Source of the DNA: Octopus bimaculoides
Taxonomy: Eukaryota
Length of the DNA: 64,000 bases
Assembly (NCBI RefSeq): GCF_001194135.2
Contig: NC_068994.1
Location: 3,409,751 to 3,473,750, forward strand
Direction of reading: 5' to 3'
Part shown: positions 23,539 through 35,640 of the stretch, in pieces
Position numbering within the stretch: position 1 is the stretch's first letter
How the letters are laid out: the number at the start of each line of letters is the position of its first letter
Translations under genes and position numbers: made by a program
Notes under the pieces: generated by a model
Told to the model about the DNA's origin: nothing
What the model saw: the letters and a program-made list of their open reading frames with translations, nothing else
Database searches by the model: none

Positions 23539-23679
23539 CTGGATTAACCACTAAGCAAAATAAGCACATGCTCTATTTTATGGTTTGCTATTGTTTATAT
23601 TTTGAATTACATAATCTTTTATGGGGGCACCAAAATCTTTTAAGTGCTTAGGGCCTCGATGGGTCTTAATCCAGCCCTG
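23539..23679. mobile_element. Short hAT-type MITE nested in a SINE
   Basis: Right TIR TTAATCCAGCCCTG, left TIR CTGGATTAA (outer CAGGG missing). Exact 8-bp TSD ACGTCTGG at 23531-23538 and 23680-23687. Confidence 0.65.
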
Positions 23680-25511
23680 ACGTCTGGTCATGAGGATATA
23701 TTACCTTACTTGTAAAGGGCTGAGGGTTGGTAACAGGAAGAGCATCCAGCTGTAGAAAAAAACCTACCTGAACAAATTCTGTCCAACCCATACAAGTATG
23801 GAAATGTAGATATTAAAACAATGATGATTATGCCATGGTAGTCTAACATCACTACTTCAACCTATACTATGCTGTTCAATACACTATACACTCTGATCCA
23901 TACCACTACCACCAATAAACACCTTCCTCTAAGCCATGAGGGTAGACTAAGGGCCAGCAACTTTCCCCCATTTACCAGTTATAAGATTAACAGAGCCCAC
24001 AGGGAAATTTGGTAAGTGCTGATGCATGAAACTCTCAGCCCTGGAATCATTTTGTTGCTTCTACTAAACATGAATAAAAAATATATATTTACTTATGTTT
24101 TGAGTTCTGTCTTCCTTGCTTACATTGCCAAACCTGTCCTTAGAAACCAATGAACACACTGGATGTAGCCAAACCATTGGACTGTACGTTTGAAAATGGC
24201 TAAAAAGAATTAGATGAAAACAAAAAATGGGTCACCTGTCACTTGTGAGTATGACCACACCTTTCCCTAATTGCTTTTAGGGGTCTATGTAGTTGTGAGA
24301 TGTAGACAAACTCTCAGGCCTTCCATCCTTGCCCCTGTGGGACATTAAAGATGTGACAGCTGGAGGGAGAGAGATTTTGTCAAAAGATGTGCCTTACTCA
24401 AGGACACAATTTACTACCGGGTCTTAGAACTGAACCCATGACTTTATGATTTTAAACCACACACCTTCTCACAAACATGACTTACCACAGCTCCATAGAT
24501 ATATATTCGATAGGCTTCAACACAATTTCCATCAAGCAAATATCACTCAAGGCATTAGTCAACATAAGGCTACAATAGAAGATACTTGCTCAGTGATTGA
24601 GCTGGCGGAGTGAACTTAATAACGTTCTCCCTAAAAAAAAAAAAAAAGTCGGACATCAGATGAGTGGAATAATAGTCGTCAGTGTTGTATTTATTGGAAT
24701 TGTTTCTCTTGATGGTTTATCTTTCAGAAGTAAATAAGTCTCCAAAACCTATTGTGCTGTTTTTGTAAAGCAGCTGACTTGTTTCATTGAATAAAAACTC
24801 AGTATTGTTTAAAATTTTACGATAGCAGATAGGTTTTCATCTTAGAAGATATATTAGTCGAAAATGTTCACAGAAATAAAATAATGCTGTCTTACACCTA
24901 CACAGTTTGAGTTGGATGAAACAAAAACAACAAATATGAGAAGATAAAGAGAAAACATCTGTCAGTAGTAAGTTTTTAACAATCAACTGAATGTTTGTAA
25001 ACCATACAGCCATGACGTGTCTCGACAGCGTTGTTATCAGGTCACACGAACGCTGGAGCTTTGTGTTTTTTATGTCTTTTTAAATCGATTGACAATGTCG
25101 TTGGCAGACGGGAGGGAGACTGCTGCACAACGGAGAAGTGAAAACTGAAGAGAAGAAAAGAATTAGTGCATTTTCCCTCCATTCATGTGTGTGTGTGTGT
25201 GTGTTTTTTTTAATGTGAAATAACTCACAAATCTCTAATTTAAAGGTTCTTTTTTCGTAGCTTTTTTGTTAATTAACTTTTGTTTTACGAGGCAGCCATT
25301 TTGTAAATCATTTTGAAAAATGTCTCTAAATGAACTTCACTTTTTCAATCGTAAATTACCGTTATTTTTGTGAAGACCCCCACCCTACAAAAAAAAAACT
25401 TTTGTGCAGATAATCTATTTCAGCTTGAGACTCGACTTTTAAGATATCATTCAATGGAAAATTTCTCAATATAAGTAGACAATTCGAAACAGATCCTACA
25501 TAGATTTTCAG

Positions 25512-25550
<39 letters not shown>

Positions 25551-25751
25551 GAATTTCGAAGTGTTGCCAAAATCACCAGATCGGGAAAATAAAAGAAATT
25601 ACCTCTTTTAAAATGAAGGCAACAGTTTGTTTTAATTGTTATATCGTAGCATTACGGAAGAAAAAAGTTGGAATATAGACGTATAAGCAGAACCACGATT
25701 AAAATAAATATGAAGTGAGTACATTTTCATGTTACATTAGCCTAAGAAATC

Positions 25752-26789
25752 ATGAATTATATAAAGAATGTGACAGGAAACCGCTCTTTTTTAGGCTCCA
25801 TGTCCACTTTGAACATTTTTCAGTCTAAAAAGAAAACATCATTTCAGGGCACAAGTCAACGATTTGTTGTGCCGAATCAGCCGATTGTAACAAGACCGTA
25901 TTCAAAATTACAACTGAAATCATTGGATTCTTTTCAGTGGGACGGTAACATTTACCAAATGAATCGAACTATTAAAAATAAAGCGAACAATAGTTTATTG
26001 TCCTTAACTAGCATATTATGTTTCACTGAACACATGGAGAATACACCGTTGGATAACATGAGCATGTTGTTTCAATCAAACCAGCATTGTGCAAACAACA
26101 GACGAAACACACAGCCAGACGAAGACAATATTCTGTCGGGAATTTTCAATGAAGATGTTTCAAAGGCAACACAAATGGAGAAAAAAGAAAGAAAACCATT
26201 AAGATATTCGTCAGTCATTGCTTGTGAAAGGCTTCTATTAAAATATCCAGACAATTTGATGTATCTATTATTGCAAATGGTACTGACGCCAGAAATACAT
26301 TGTCAGCCATTTCAAAACGAAAAGCACAGGAAATCATTATCTGAAGAGAACTTATTGGCAAAATTAGTTAAATGTAATCTGAATGAGTATGTCGGTCGTG
26401 TTGTGATGTTTTCTCTGACTATAAAACATGAGAACGGTTTTTTTGATAAAAGTAACAATTGCAGAGACCTGGCAGGTGAGAAGCAACACAAGAGAAATAA
26501 TTCGCCATCTGGTGAAGCCAGATTGAAAGACACGGGTGACGACATTCAGAAAAGCCAGCCGCCAAACATTTTCACAAAGGAACAACGTGCAATGCTGATA
26601 TATTACGTATTTTTCCAGTGTTTGACGTTTTCCCTGTATTATGTCCATCAAGTATTAGATCAGCTTGACACAGACACTGTAGCAATGATGAAACCATTTT
26701 CATTGTACATCGTACAATTTTGTTTATTGTTGTTGTTTATCTACATTAAATGGTTATTTAAGTCTCCATCCTCTCTTAAGGACAGCTAA
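25752..26789 (+). CDS. Hypothetical 345-aa protein, single coding exon, two predicted C-terminal transmembrane helices
   Basis: 1038-nt non-repetitive ORF in AT-rich DNA. In-frame TAA at 25743-25745, acceptor-like ttttcatgttacattAG at 25739-25740, AATAAA at 26825-26830. Hydrophobic segments AMLIYYVFFQCLTFSLYYV and FSLYIVQFCLLLLFIYIKWLF. No family confidently recognised. Confidence 0.7.
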   Translation: MNYIKNVTGNRSFLGSMSTLNIFQSKKKTSFQGTSQRFVVPNQPIVTRPYSKLQLKSLDSFQWDGNIYQMNRTIKNKANNSLLSLTSILCFTEHMENTPLDNMSMLFQSNQHCANNRRNTQPDEDNILSGIFNEDVSKATQMEKKERKPLRYSSVIACERLLLKYPDNLMYLLLQMVLTPEIHCQPFQNEKHRKSLSEENLLAKLVKCNLNEYVGRVVMFSLTIKHENGFFDKSNNCRDLAGEKQHKRNNSPSGEARLKDTGDDIQKSQPPNIFTKEQRAMLIYYVFFQCLTFSLYYVHQVLDQLDTDTVAMMKPFSLYIVQFCLLLLFIYIKWLFKSPSSLKDS

Positions 26790-27594
26790 CAAATTACATG
26801 TTTTTTTTTTTAAACGAGAGAAGGAATAAATGTATTTTTATACACTATATATTTATATATATATTACTATGACTTCTTTTCTATATATTGTCTTTAGAGA
26901 AATATTTTCACACAAGAGAAAATATTTTATAAATCTGTATTTAGTTTATAAAGATGAATTTAGCCATGATCCGGTTGACATCTTATCAGAAACGTTCCAG
27001 CAGTGACTATTCTATCACACTTGTTCACTCCACTTGCTGGAAATAGCAGCCAAATTTCATCACACCACGCTGTCTTAAAGGACAAGATGGGGGTAGTCAC
27101 TGCTTTTGGACAACTTACACCCTACATAATAAACCAATGCACTTCAGTGTACAGTGTGATCTTCATTTCCGGCAGGGATACAATATATCCAGAATACTGG
27201 ATCCACAGATCGCATCTTATAGTCATTCACTATTTGTTCTAGTATCATTCTTAAAGGACTGGCCCCTTCTTCACTTGTATTTCATTCATAAAATATCCCA
27301 CATCCTAAAATCATCTCTGACCCCTCACTCTTTTACTTTCTTTCTTGAGAGTTATAAATCCCTCAAGACTAGCTTCAAAATGATGTCGTAAACCCATTAA
27401 CACTGTTCCATTTAGATTTTGCTGGGCTGCCATTTTAAACCACTTCATCTCTGCTTCATTCAAATTAGTATTATCAGCCAGTTGATATCAATTTTATCAA
27501 ATACACGGAGGTAAAGTGGCTGAGTTCAGAGACAATGAATGAGACCTTTAACATTATGTCATACTTGAGAAGAAGACCTATGAAGCCAAACAAA

Positions 27595-27770
27595 ATCAGT
27601 CATGGCACATAAAAGCACCCATCACACTCTCAGAATGGTTGGCATAAGGAAGGGCATCCAGCCATAGAAAACCCTGCCAAATCAGACTGGAGTCTGGTGC
27701 AGCTTACCAGCCATGGTCAAATCGTCCAACCCGTGCCAGCATGGACAATGGATGTTAAATGATGATGAAG
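27595..27770 (+). mobile_element. Retroposon family C copy
   Basis: AAGGAAGGGCATCCAGCC...CCAACCCGTGCCAGCATGG...GTTAAATGATGATG. Confidence 0.7.
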
Positions 27771-28211
27771 ACAACCTTAACATACATACTTATGTACTGT
27801 ATCTCGGGAGGGTCATTATGCCAATAATAAATATATGCACTGGTCCTATTTCACTTCTTTTATTATTTAGTCAATTACTTAACCAATCAACTGACTGACT
27901 GTCTTATTAAGTGTTTGGTCAATCAATCAATCAGCTAGGTCAATCATTTCCTTGCTACCTGCAACTTCATTAATGATAAGGCTTCTCTATTGCAGATTTA
28001 CTTGACTATCCTGAGATATAAAAAAATATATTTTAACACACGAGTTCAGATCAAAAACATTGCAAATGAAATAGAAAAACAATTATATGCAAATATATAT
28101 ATATTCCCATGCAAAACAGAAACAAGTACCAAGAGTTCCATGTGGCATGCTTGAATAATTGTGAAGATCACTTCACATGAAACTACTGGTTGCTTTGTTG
28201 ATCCACAAACA

Positions 28212-28256
<45 letters not shown>

Positions 28257-30422
28257 NNNNNNNNNNNNNNNNNNNNNNNNNNNNNNNNNNNNNNNNNNNN
28301 NNNNNNNNNNNNNNNNNNNNNNNNNNNNNNNNNNNNNNNNNNNNNNNNNNNNNNNNNNNNNNNNNNNNNNNNNNNNNNNTTCTTAGTTTTTTTTAATGAT
28401 GGTTAGATACATAGACAGATAGAGAGTGAGAGTTGGGCAGGTGTTGTAACCCTCTTGAAATGAAGCAAACAACAGTGATTATGAGCTGGGAGAAGAGGGG
28501 GAAAAATATCATATATATATATATATATAAATCAGGGACATACCACCAAGGTTGGCAGTGCCTACCTTGAATAAAATAGAACGATAGCAACATTTTCCTT
28601 TTATGGCAAAATATGCACCTAATTCAATAAAATTATGAAGGTTACTCTGATTACTCTGCATAAAATGCAAAATATTTTATTTTTTTGTAGATTAGGTAGG
28701 CATAATTCGCCCTTGCTTTTCAATCTCGGTATTTAAGCTACGCATAGTACTGCTGTAGTACACACGCTGCATACACTCCTACAACACCGTTTTCTTTGCA
28801 TGCTATAAAGGCAGAATTAAATTTGCCTTCAACTCAGACACATGTCTGTTTCTCTTATTTTTTGTGTTTTACTACATAAAGGTCACCAACTGCCTACCCT
28901 GAGTAATTACTGATGGCACGTGCCTGATATATATGAGACACTCCACACAACATAATAAATAAATTAAAAAAAAACATAATATGTAAGATAGACATGGACC
29001 CTTACAATGTTTAAGGGCAAGGGAACGTTTTGGTGAAGTTGTGGAGAGCATTGGTGGTAATTAGTTTCAGTGCAGATTGAAACCATGATTGCGAGTTCAC
29101 ACAAAACCCAAACAGTGCCAAATTCTTGTAGATTGTAATTTTGTTCAATAAATGAAAAAGTTGGGGTGAGAGTGATGGTTAATGACACATTATTATAAAT
29201 TTCCAGTGAAGACATGTTGATCCATAAACAAGGACATATTGACTGAAACTGGACACAAACATTGATCACTCCTTACACAGGGAACATCATTTCCAGGGAT
29301 ATATTCAAATGAAAGAGGAGAGGGGGAAAAAACCCGTAAGTTGCCAGTTTTTTTCTCTTTAGTTTTACAATTGAAATGTACCTTTTTTTGTTTTTCATTG
29401 ATACAGGCACCAATGTCAGAGATGTGAAAATCTCTTTTCCTTGTCCGAAACAATGTCACATACAAGTATATCCATTTTGTTTTCTTTTTGTCTTCCTTCT
29501 GCAGCAGTATCATATAGAAATGAACCCTGCTTCTCACATGTACAACTATTATAAACAGTTGTACTTCCTTTACACACACACATATCTATCTATACATACA
29601 TCATTTAATATACACAAAATTTTAAAAGAGCTACTAACAGTTTCATGCTGTTGAGCTACAATAATTTCCCAGATTATTGTATCTGTACGGTACGAAACTA
29701 TTGGTATCTCTTTTTAAAATTCTGTCTATGTTAAATGATATTCATTTCTCACTGGATGGAATCCTTCTTTTGTTGATCCTACCTGTAATGGAACAGTAAA
29801 CTATATTTACATATATGTATGTATGTGTGTATAAATATATAAAAGAATGTAGACTTTCTTATGTGTTAAGTGACCTTTCTGGTTTTAAAAATATCAATGT
29901 CGTTCTGATGTAGCTTGGCAAGCACAGCTACCAATATCACACACACACACACACACACGGTCACCACTTAATGTTCACTCTGCTTGCTCCTTTCTCTGCA
30001 TAGCAACCGTTGTGGTATCCCAAACACATCTTGCTTTACACAAATTCCATTGTTTCCAGATGTATCTCATAGAAAGATGTCATTAAAAGACATTATTATT
30101 ATTATTATTATTATCAGTCCTAGCAATGAAACGAATGTACTTTGAAGAAATACTGTTTATCACATTCCAAGGTACTTATTAACTGCAAACATCCATGCAC
30201 CTTTTTCTGTCAGTTTAGTAATTCTCTCTGTAAACACTGATGAGGTACTGCACGGTACCACACAAGAGTCAATGCTAAAGAACAACTGCCGTGCCTGTTT
30301 CTCTGTCTTAAATGCCCGGTGGAGGCTTCACTATTTAGAGTGGAGAGAGGGAAAGAGAGAGAAAGAGAGAGAACGAGAACATTAGAGAGTTAAATCACAT
30401 TCAAGACAAAGAGTTGTCTCCC

Positions 30423-31490
30423 TTATATGTTCATATAGTGCGTCACCCCTTCGTGCTGTGGTATATCCGTGGTATGATGTGCTTGAGATACACTGAGGGT
30501 CGCTTGGTAAGTTTCTGAAGTTGCTGCAGCAGTGTTCTGTGGGACACAACTCAGTTTACGGTCGCCAAGTTTATTGGTTCGCTGGTGTCGCTCCAGATGG
30601 TCTTTACGAGAAAAGGCAAAGCCGCAAATGTTACATTTGAAGGGTCTCTCGCCCGTGTGCGTCCGTTTGTGGACAGTGAGGTGGTATTTCTGGGAGAACG
30701 ACTTGGTACACATATCACAGCAGAATATCTTCTCGTTGGTGTGGGCCTTTTTGTGTCTCTCTAGATAGCTGTTCTCTGAGAACGCCTTCCCACAAACGTC
30801 ACACTTGTAGGGAAGCAAGGCAGCATGAATTCGCTCATGCATATCTGCATCGGACCTTTCTGTGAAGGCTTTCCAGCAGGCTTTACAGTTGAATGGATTA
30901 TCGTCTTGGTAGTTAGCAGGCACCTGTGGTTGGGGTTGAGGCGGCGGCGGCGGTGGAGGCGGTGGTGGTGGTGGTGGCGGCTGTGGCTTCTGATAGGTAG
31001 TGCTCTGGTTCTGGAATAGAGATTCTTCGTGTGTCTTAAAATGGCGAGTTAGATCTCCATTTCTTCCGAAAGCACAGCCGCAAATATTACATTTATATGG
31101 TTTGTCAACAGCAAAAGATCTTGCAGTGTTTGGGTTGGGATTCTCATACTGGGGGGCCATCGAAGGCATGGTCCCCTGCCCATGGGTTTTCATGTGACGA
31201 GTCAGATTACCATTTCTTGAGAAACAGAAACCACAAATGTTGCACTTGAAAGGTTTCTCGCCAGTGTGTATGGTCTGGTGCTGTTTCAGGTGTGATTTAT
31301 GAGAGAACGATTTTCCGCAAACATCACAACCAAATGGTTTGACAGCCTGATGGGTGAGTTTATGCCTCTCCAGGTTGTCAAACCGTGAGAAACCTTTACC
31401 ACAGATATCGCAGCTATGACTTGTCTCGATGGCATGAATCACTTCAGTTAGTTCGTAACCTGGAATGTTGGAGGTGATGATGTGATTCAT
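30423..31490 (-). CDS. C2H2 zinc-finger protein ZNF3, 355 aa from first ATG (8 fingers in 3+1+4 blocks; polyP; last finger lacks second His)
   Basis: The track ORF starts at a TTG inside a poly-T acceptor (AG at 31517-31516). First ATG at 31490 in gacACC-ATG context. Fingers include CDVCGKSFSHKSHLKQHQTIHTGEKP. An upstream coding exon cannot be excluded. Confidence 0.92.
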   Translation of the reverse strand: MNHIITSNIPGYELTEVIHAIETSHSCDICGKGFSRFDNLERHKLTHQAVKPFGCDVCGKSFSHKSHLKQHQTIHTGEKPFKCNICGFCFSRNGNLTRHMKTHGQGTMPSMAPQYENPNPNTARSFAVDKPYKCNICGCAFGRNGDLTRHFKTHEESLFQNQSTTYQKPQPPPPPPPPPPPPPPQPQPQVPANYQDDNPFNCKACWKAFTERSDADMHERIHAALLPYKCDVCGKAFSENSYLERHKKAHTNEKIFCCDMCTKSFSQKYHLTVHKRTHTGERPFKCNICGFAFSRKDHLERHQRTNKLGDRKLSCVPQNTAAATSETYQATLSVSQAHHTTDIPQHEGVTHYMNI

Positions 31491-32364
31491 GGTGTCGTCT
31501 CTTCTGGCACCAATGCTACAAAAGACAAACAAAAAAAAAAAACAAGCAGTTAGGATTTTGAAAAAACATCCAGTGTATATGTGTGTGAATGTGATGTGGT
31601 AGGGTTAATTTGTTGACCTGTGGAAGATTGTTGCATATCCTAGATAAAGCAGTTGAGATCATGTGTGACCACAGACATCATGAATATGATTAGGACATCA
31701 GGGTGAAAGACCAAGATTAGATCTCAACAGACTGGACATCACAGATGAAATAACAGATCAACACATGTATTGATATGCTGATTCTATGCGGAATACCTAG
31801 TCAACCCACATCATTTCTGAAAAACACAGAGTAGACTAAAAGTGAGAACTTCGTTAAGGGTACACGTATCTGTGGAGTGTTCAGCCACTTGCACGTTAAC
31901 AGGAAAGACTGATTTAGTAGAAACAGGTGATGGATATGAAAGATGACTGCTCTATCTAACAGGATGAATAACCATGCAAACATTCTCTCAATAGTTCCTA
32001 TCTGAGGAATTAAGATAGGAATTATGATTTTAAGCAGTTTCCTCTATGATTCCTGATTATATCTTATACTGGTCAACAGGAATTGCAACTGGATACATAT
32101 GTCTTGGTCACGGATACAGTACAGTAAACTGTATCATACTGTGGTATCTACTTACGGCTAAGTAAACTGAGCTATAGACAGAAACATGTCCTTGTCATGG
32201 CCACAGGGAAATGAACTCAACACTGTTGGCAATACAGATGTTTTGGATAATGAACTCAGTGTTTCAAATCCACCTCAAATAAAGTGAAAGTGTCAATGTA
32301 TGAAAGGGCTGCAGGTTTGTCACAGTTGGAATCTGATCCTCATCTTCAATTTCATGTTGAGAAC

Positions 32365-32760
32365 CAGATTATCACCTGGATAAGGCACAAGTCTATCACA
32401 CATTACTTTCCTTAGCTAAACTTCAGACAATAAGATGAATGCAGAATAATAGAATTCTATCTAGAAACACAATGGAGACAATGAGAGAGAAGTCTCTACC
32501 TGGTCAAAACACTAGTTGATCAGAGATAACACTCTCTGGTTATCTGGTACATATTTCTGATAGTAAGGTGCACTGAGAGGTAATGGAGAATATAGTGTTC
32601 TGTCAAGAAACACAACAGAGAGAATGAGAGATAAATTTTCACCTGAATATGACACCAGTCTATCACAGGTAATATTCCTGATAGCTAGGTGAATTGAGGC
32701 AATGGAAAATATGGTGTTCTGACTAGAAACAACAGAAATGAGAGATAACCTTCCACTGAG
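32365..32760 (+). repeat. Degenerate ~115-145-bp tandem repeat, about 3 units plus a copy near 33025-33160
   Basis: Recurring CACCTG.ATA...CAC.AGTCTATCACA, GTGTTCTG.C.AGAAACA and AATGAGAGATAA. Confidence 0.5.
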
Positions 32761-35124
32761 ATAGGGAGATTTGGCTGTTATATCTAACACATAAGTATGT
32801 GTGAGCTTGTATGATTTGACTTCTATTTCTACCAGCTTTAGCAACCATGTAAAGATTCTCCCAAAAGAATTGGTCTTGTAGCATTTGGTCATTGTCCTTC
32901 AGTGCTTTTAATGGGAACTCCTATCTCTCATTATGTCAAGGGGTTAGTAAAACAACCTTAATAAGTATTTGCTATGCTCCAAGGACTTTATGGGTCAATG
33001 TGTTAACTGAAGTTTCATAGAAATGAATGAGAGATAAATCAGTGTCTAGGGGACAACAGGACACAAGTCTACCATAGACAACATTCTTCATTTAGTAATT
33101 ATTTCTCCATGACAGCTAAATGAAGTGGAAAACAGTGTTTAGTGTAGAAACAGCACACTAGCTACAGATTTGATTTCATGAACTATGAGCAACCAGTCCA
33201 TTCCATTATCCACTTAGCTGTCTCACCTCTACCAGTAAAATATGAGGGTAAATTTAATGGATGTATCTTATGAGTTTGTGGTTTGATGCTAACGACAGGT
33301 TTCAATATATGCACTCACTAAAACAGGTAAATACATACACACATGCAAAAGGAATTTTTAAATGAGAGCATAATGAATAAGAAGAAAGAAAAATAAATAA
33401 ATTGACTGTCACCTTGAATTCTGTTTATGTTAAAAATACTGCTTCTCAGGGAGAAGCCATAGATATGAAAATGGTTCAGATTGGAGATTGTGCAAGAGCA
33501 GACAACACAATTTCTGGACAAGGAATATCGAAATGGCCACTTTAGGACACCACAACAACCTATAAATAAAATTGAAAAGAAAAATATTGGAACAAATATG
33601 TTTACAATGTTCTTCCATTTCATTAAACAAAAGATGCCACAGATGGCAGCTTATGAAGAGGTTCACAAAAAAAAACTGACCCCGAAAACCAGCCCATGTT
33701 TATAAATACAAACAAGGTTCAAGAAAGGGTCTGTGGAAATTAAGGTGGATGGTGGGGGTGTCTTGCAAGTTGTCAAATATTTCTATGGTTGGATGTGCAT
33801 TTATGTGGCACCTCATGGTTGCCTTTTATGTAACACTGCACAGGCAGTTTTATGTGCTTTTTATGGGACACTGGCAGAGGACTCTTACAGGTCAATCCTC
33901 TTCCCCAGAGGGACTGGACTCAACACTTCTGCCGTGGGGCACAAGACTTCTTGAGTACAGCAAGGCACCAGGTATCCCAGCCCATTGTCATCTTGCCTGA
34001 AAGGTTCAGTGTCCTGAGGAGGCCATTCTTCACTCCTTTGTCCAGTTGTTGGTGACGATGACCAAGAACCCCATATGGGAGAAGATGGGACTGAGCATGT
34101 CCAGCTACAGTCAATCAGGCCAATGAGTGCTGAGAAGGCTGTCGCAGGTCAGGCACTGGTGCTCTGGACTTGCACAGTTCGTGTTGTCTTTGTGCCCTGC
34201 AATCCTGTTCTGTTCGTAGGAGGAGGTGGCACCTCTGTTGGGGTAACTTTGCACAGTTGATAGGCCAGCCACTGGACTATTTGTCCTGAGAAGAACATAT
34301 CTTATGGACTTGATATGCTTATGCTGAAAACGCAAGAGATATCAGAGAGAGAGAATATTCATCAGCAGCAGCAACCAGCCATATACTCCAATGAGAATTT
34401 GTCATCTCTGATATAGGAAATAAATGAACCAAACCTTCACTGATGTTGCAAATGACCAATCTGACTGACTGAAATTTTGGTGTGCACAGTTGGTGTTTAT
34501 TGCCCCTGTGCATCTGCCACACACAAAAACTTTCTTCTCAGTTAACCTTCTTTTGATATCGCTGCACCTCTTGTGTCCTAGCCTACACCAGGTACATCTT
34601 ATGGAGTTTCTACCTATGCCTTTTCTACAGATTGAGCAGGGCCATCTACTTGAAGGGATTTGTGATTTGTCTGCCTTCCTATATCCATCTATCTAAAAAT
34701 TAATTTGCAAAGGGGTCATTAATTCTATTATTATCCAATGTAACTATTCTAAGAATGATAATAACAGAGTCAATGACACAGGCGACAGCAGGCCAAAAAT
34801 AGCATTAAATAGCCGAGGGATTAAAATTAATCAAAGGACATACTAAGTATGTTTACCTGCTTGAAATAACAGTCAAAACTCAGTTTTAAATTGCCAAAAA
34901 TATTTTTGGCGATTTAATAATGAGTTTATCTATCTATCTATATATATATGTATAAAAGGCATAAATAGGTGGGAACTGACAGGTCCAAGAACAGATCTAA
35001 CATTTCCTTTGCTTTGTGTATCATTAAAGGTGACTACAGACACTAAATAATGTTGATGTATGTGGTTATATATATATATGACAGATATGTAGATAGGTGT
35101 ATATATGACAGACATATATATACA

Positions 35125-35640
35125 CTCACCAGGTCTCGGTACTCAGTCTGCTCCTATTCATGATAATACTCCAAGTTGCAGAGGAATTTAAAAGATCTAT
35201 ATGTTGCTGACCTAGCTGACATAGCAAAATCTGTAGCAGAATTGGAAAAGAAAATCCAGGTTTGGAAGTAAAACTTAGAATCAAAGGGACTCAAAGTTTA
35301 ACTTAACAAAGACTTAAGTTGTAGTAAGCAAGAAAATAGACACAGACATCTTCCTCCGTGTAAATGGGTCTGCTAAATATGTAGAAAGGAATTCCATCCA
35401 GTGTGCAAGCTATGGACATACAAGAAATGCATTGGAATCACAGGAAAGTTAACCGAGACAGTAAAGTTTGTATGTGAACGATGTGCAAGGGCAATATTCC
35501 CTAAGGACCCACAATAGATTTCCTCAAATACCCTGGAAGCCCCATAGAAGTAGTGGATAGTTTCTGTTACTTGAGTGGTTTAATTAGCAGCAGAGAGGGC
35601 TGTTCCGAAAGTACAGGCGTTAGAATATGAATGTCTTGGA
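35125..35640 (+). mobile_element. Degenerate RTE-clade LINE fragment (RT and C-terminal Cys-rich region)
   Basis: Frame-shifted HQGSVLS-LLF, YVADLADIAKSVAELEKKIQVWK*NLESKGLKV, VVDSFCYL. Confidence 0.8.

Noticed and set aside
31491-31532. N-terminal extension MFVFCSIGARRDDT of ZNF3
   Set aside because: It starts at a TTG inside a polypyrimidine tract; residues upstream of the AG at 31516 are intronic, and the rest is probably UTR.
33800-34270. Possible RTE endonuclease remnant (LLRTLNLSGKM) on the minus strand
   Set aside because: Similarity is too weak to call by eye; it needs a profile search.
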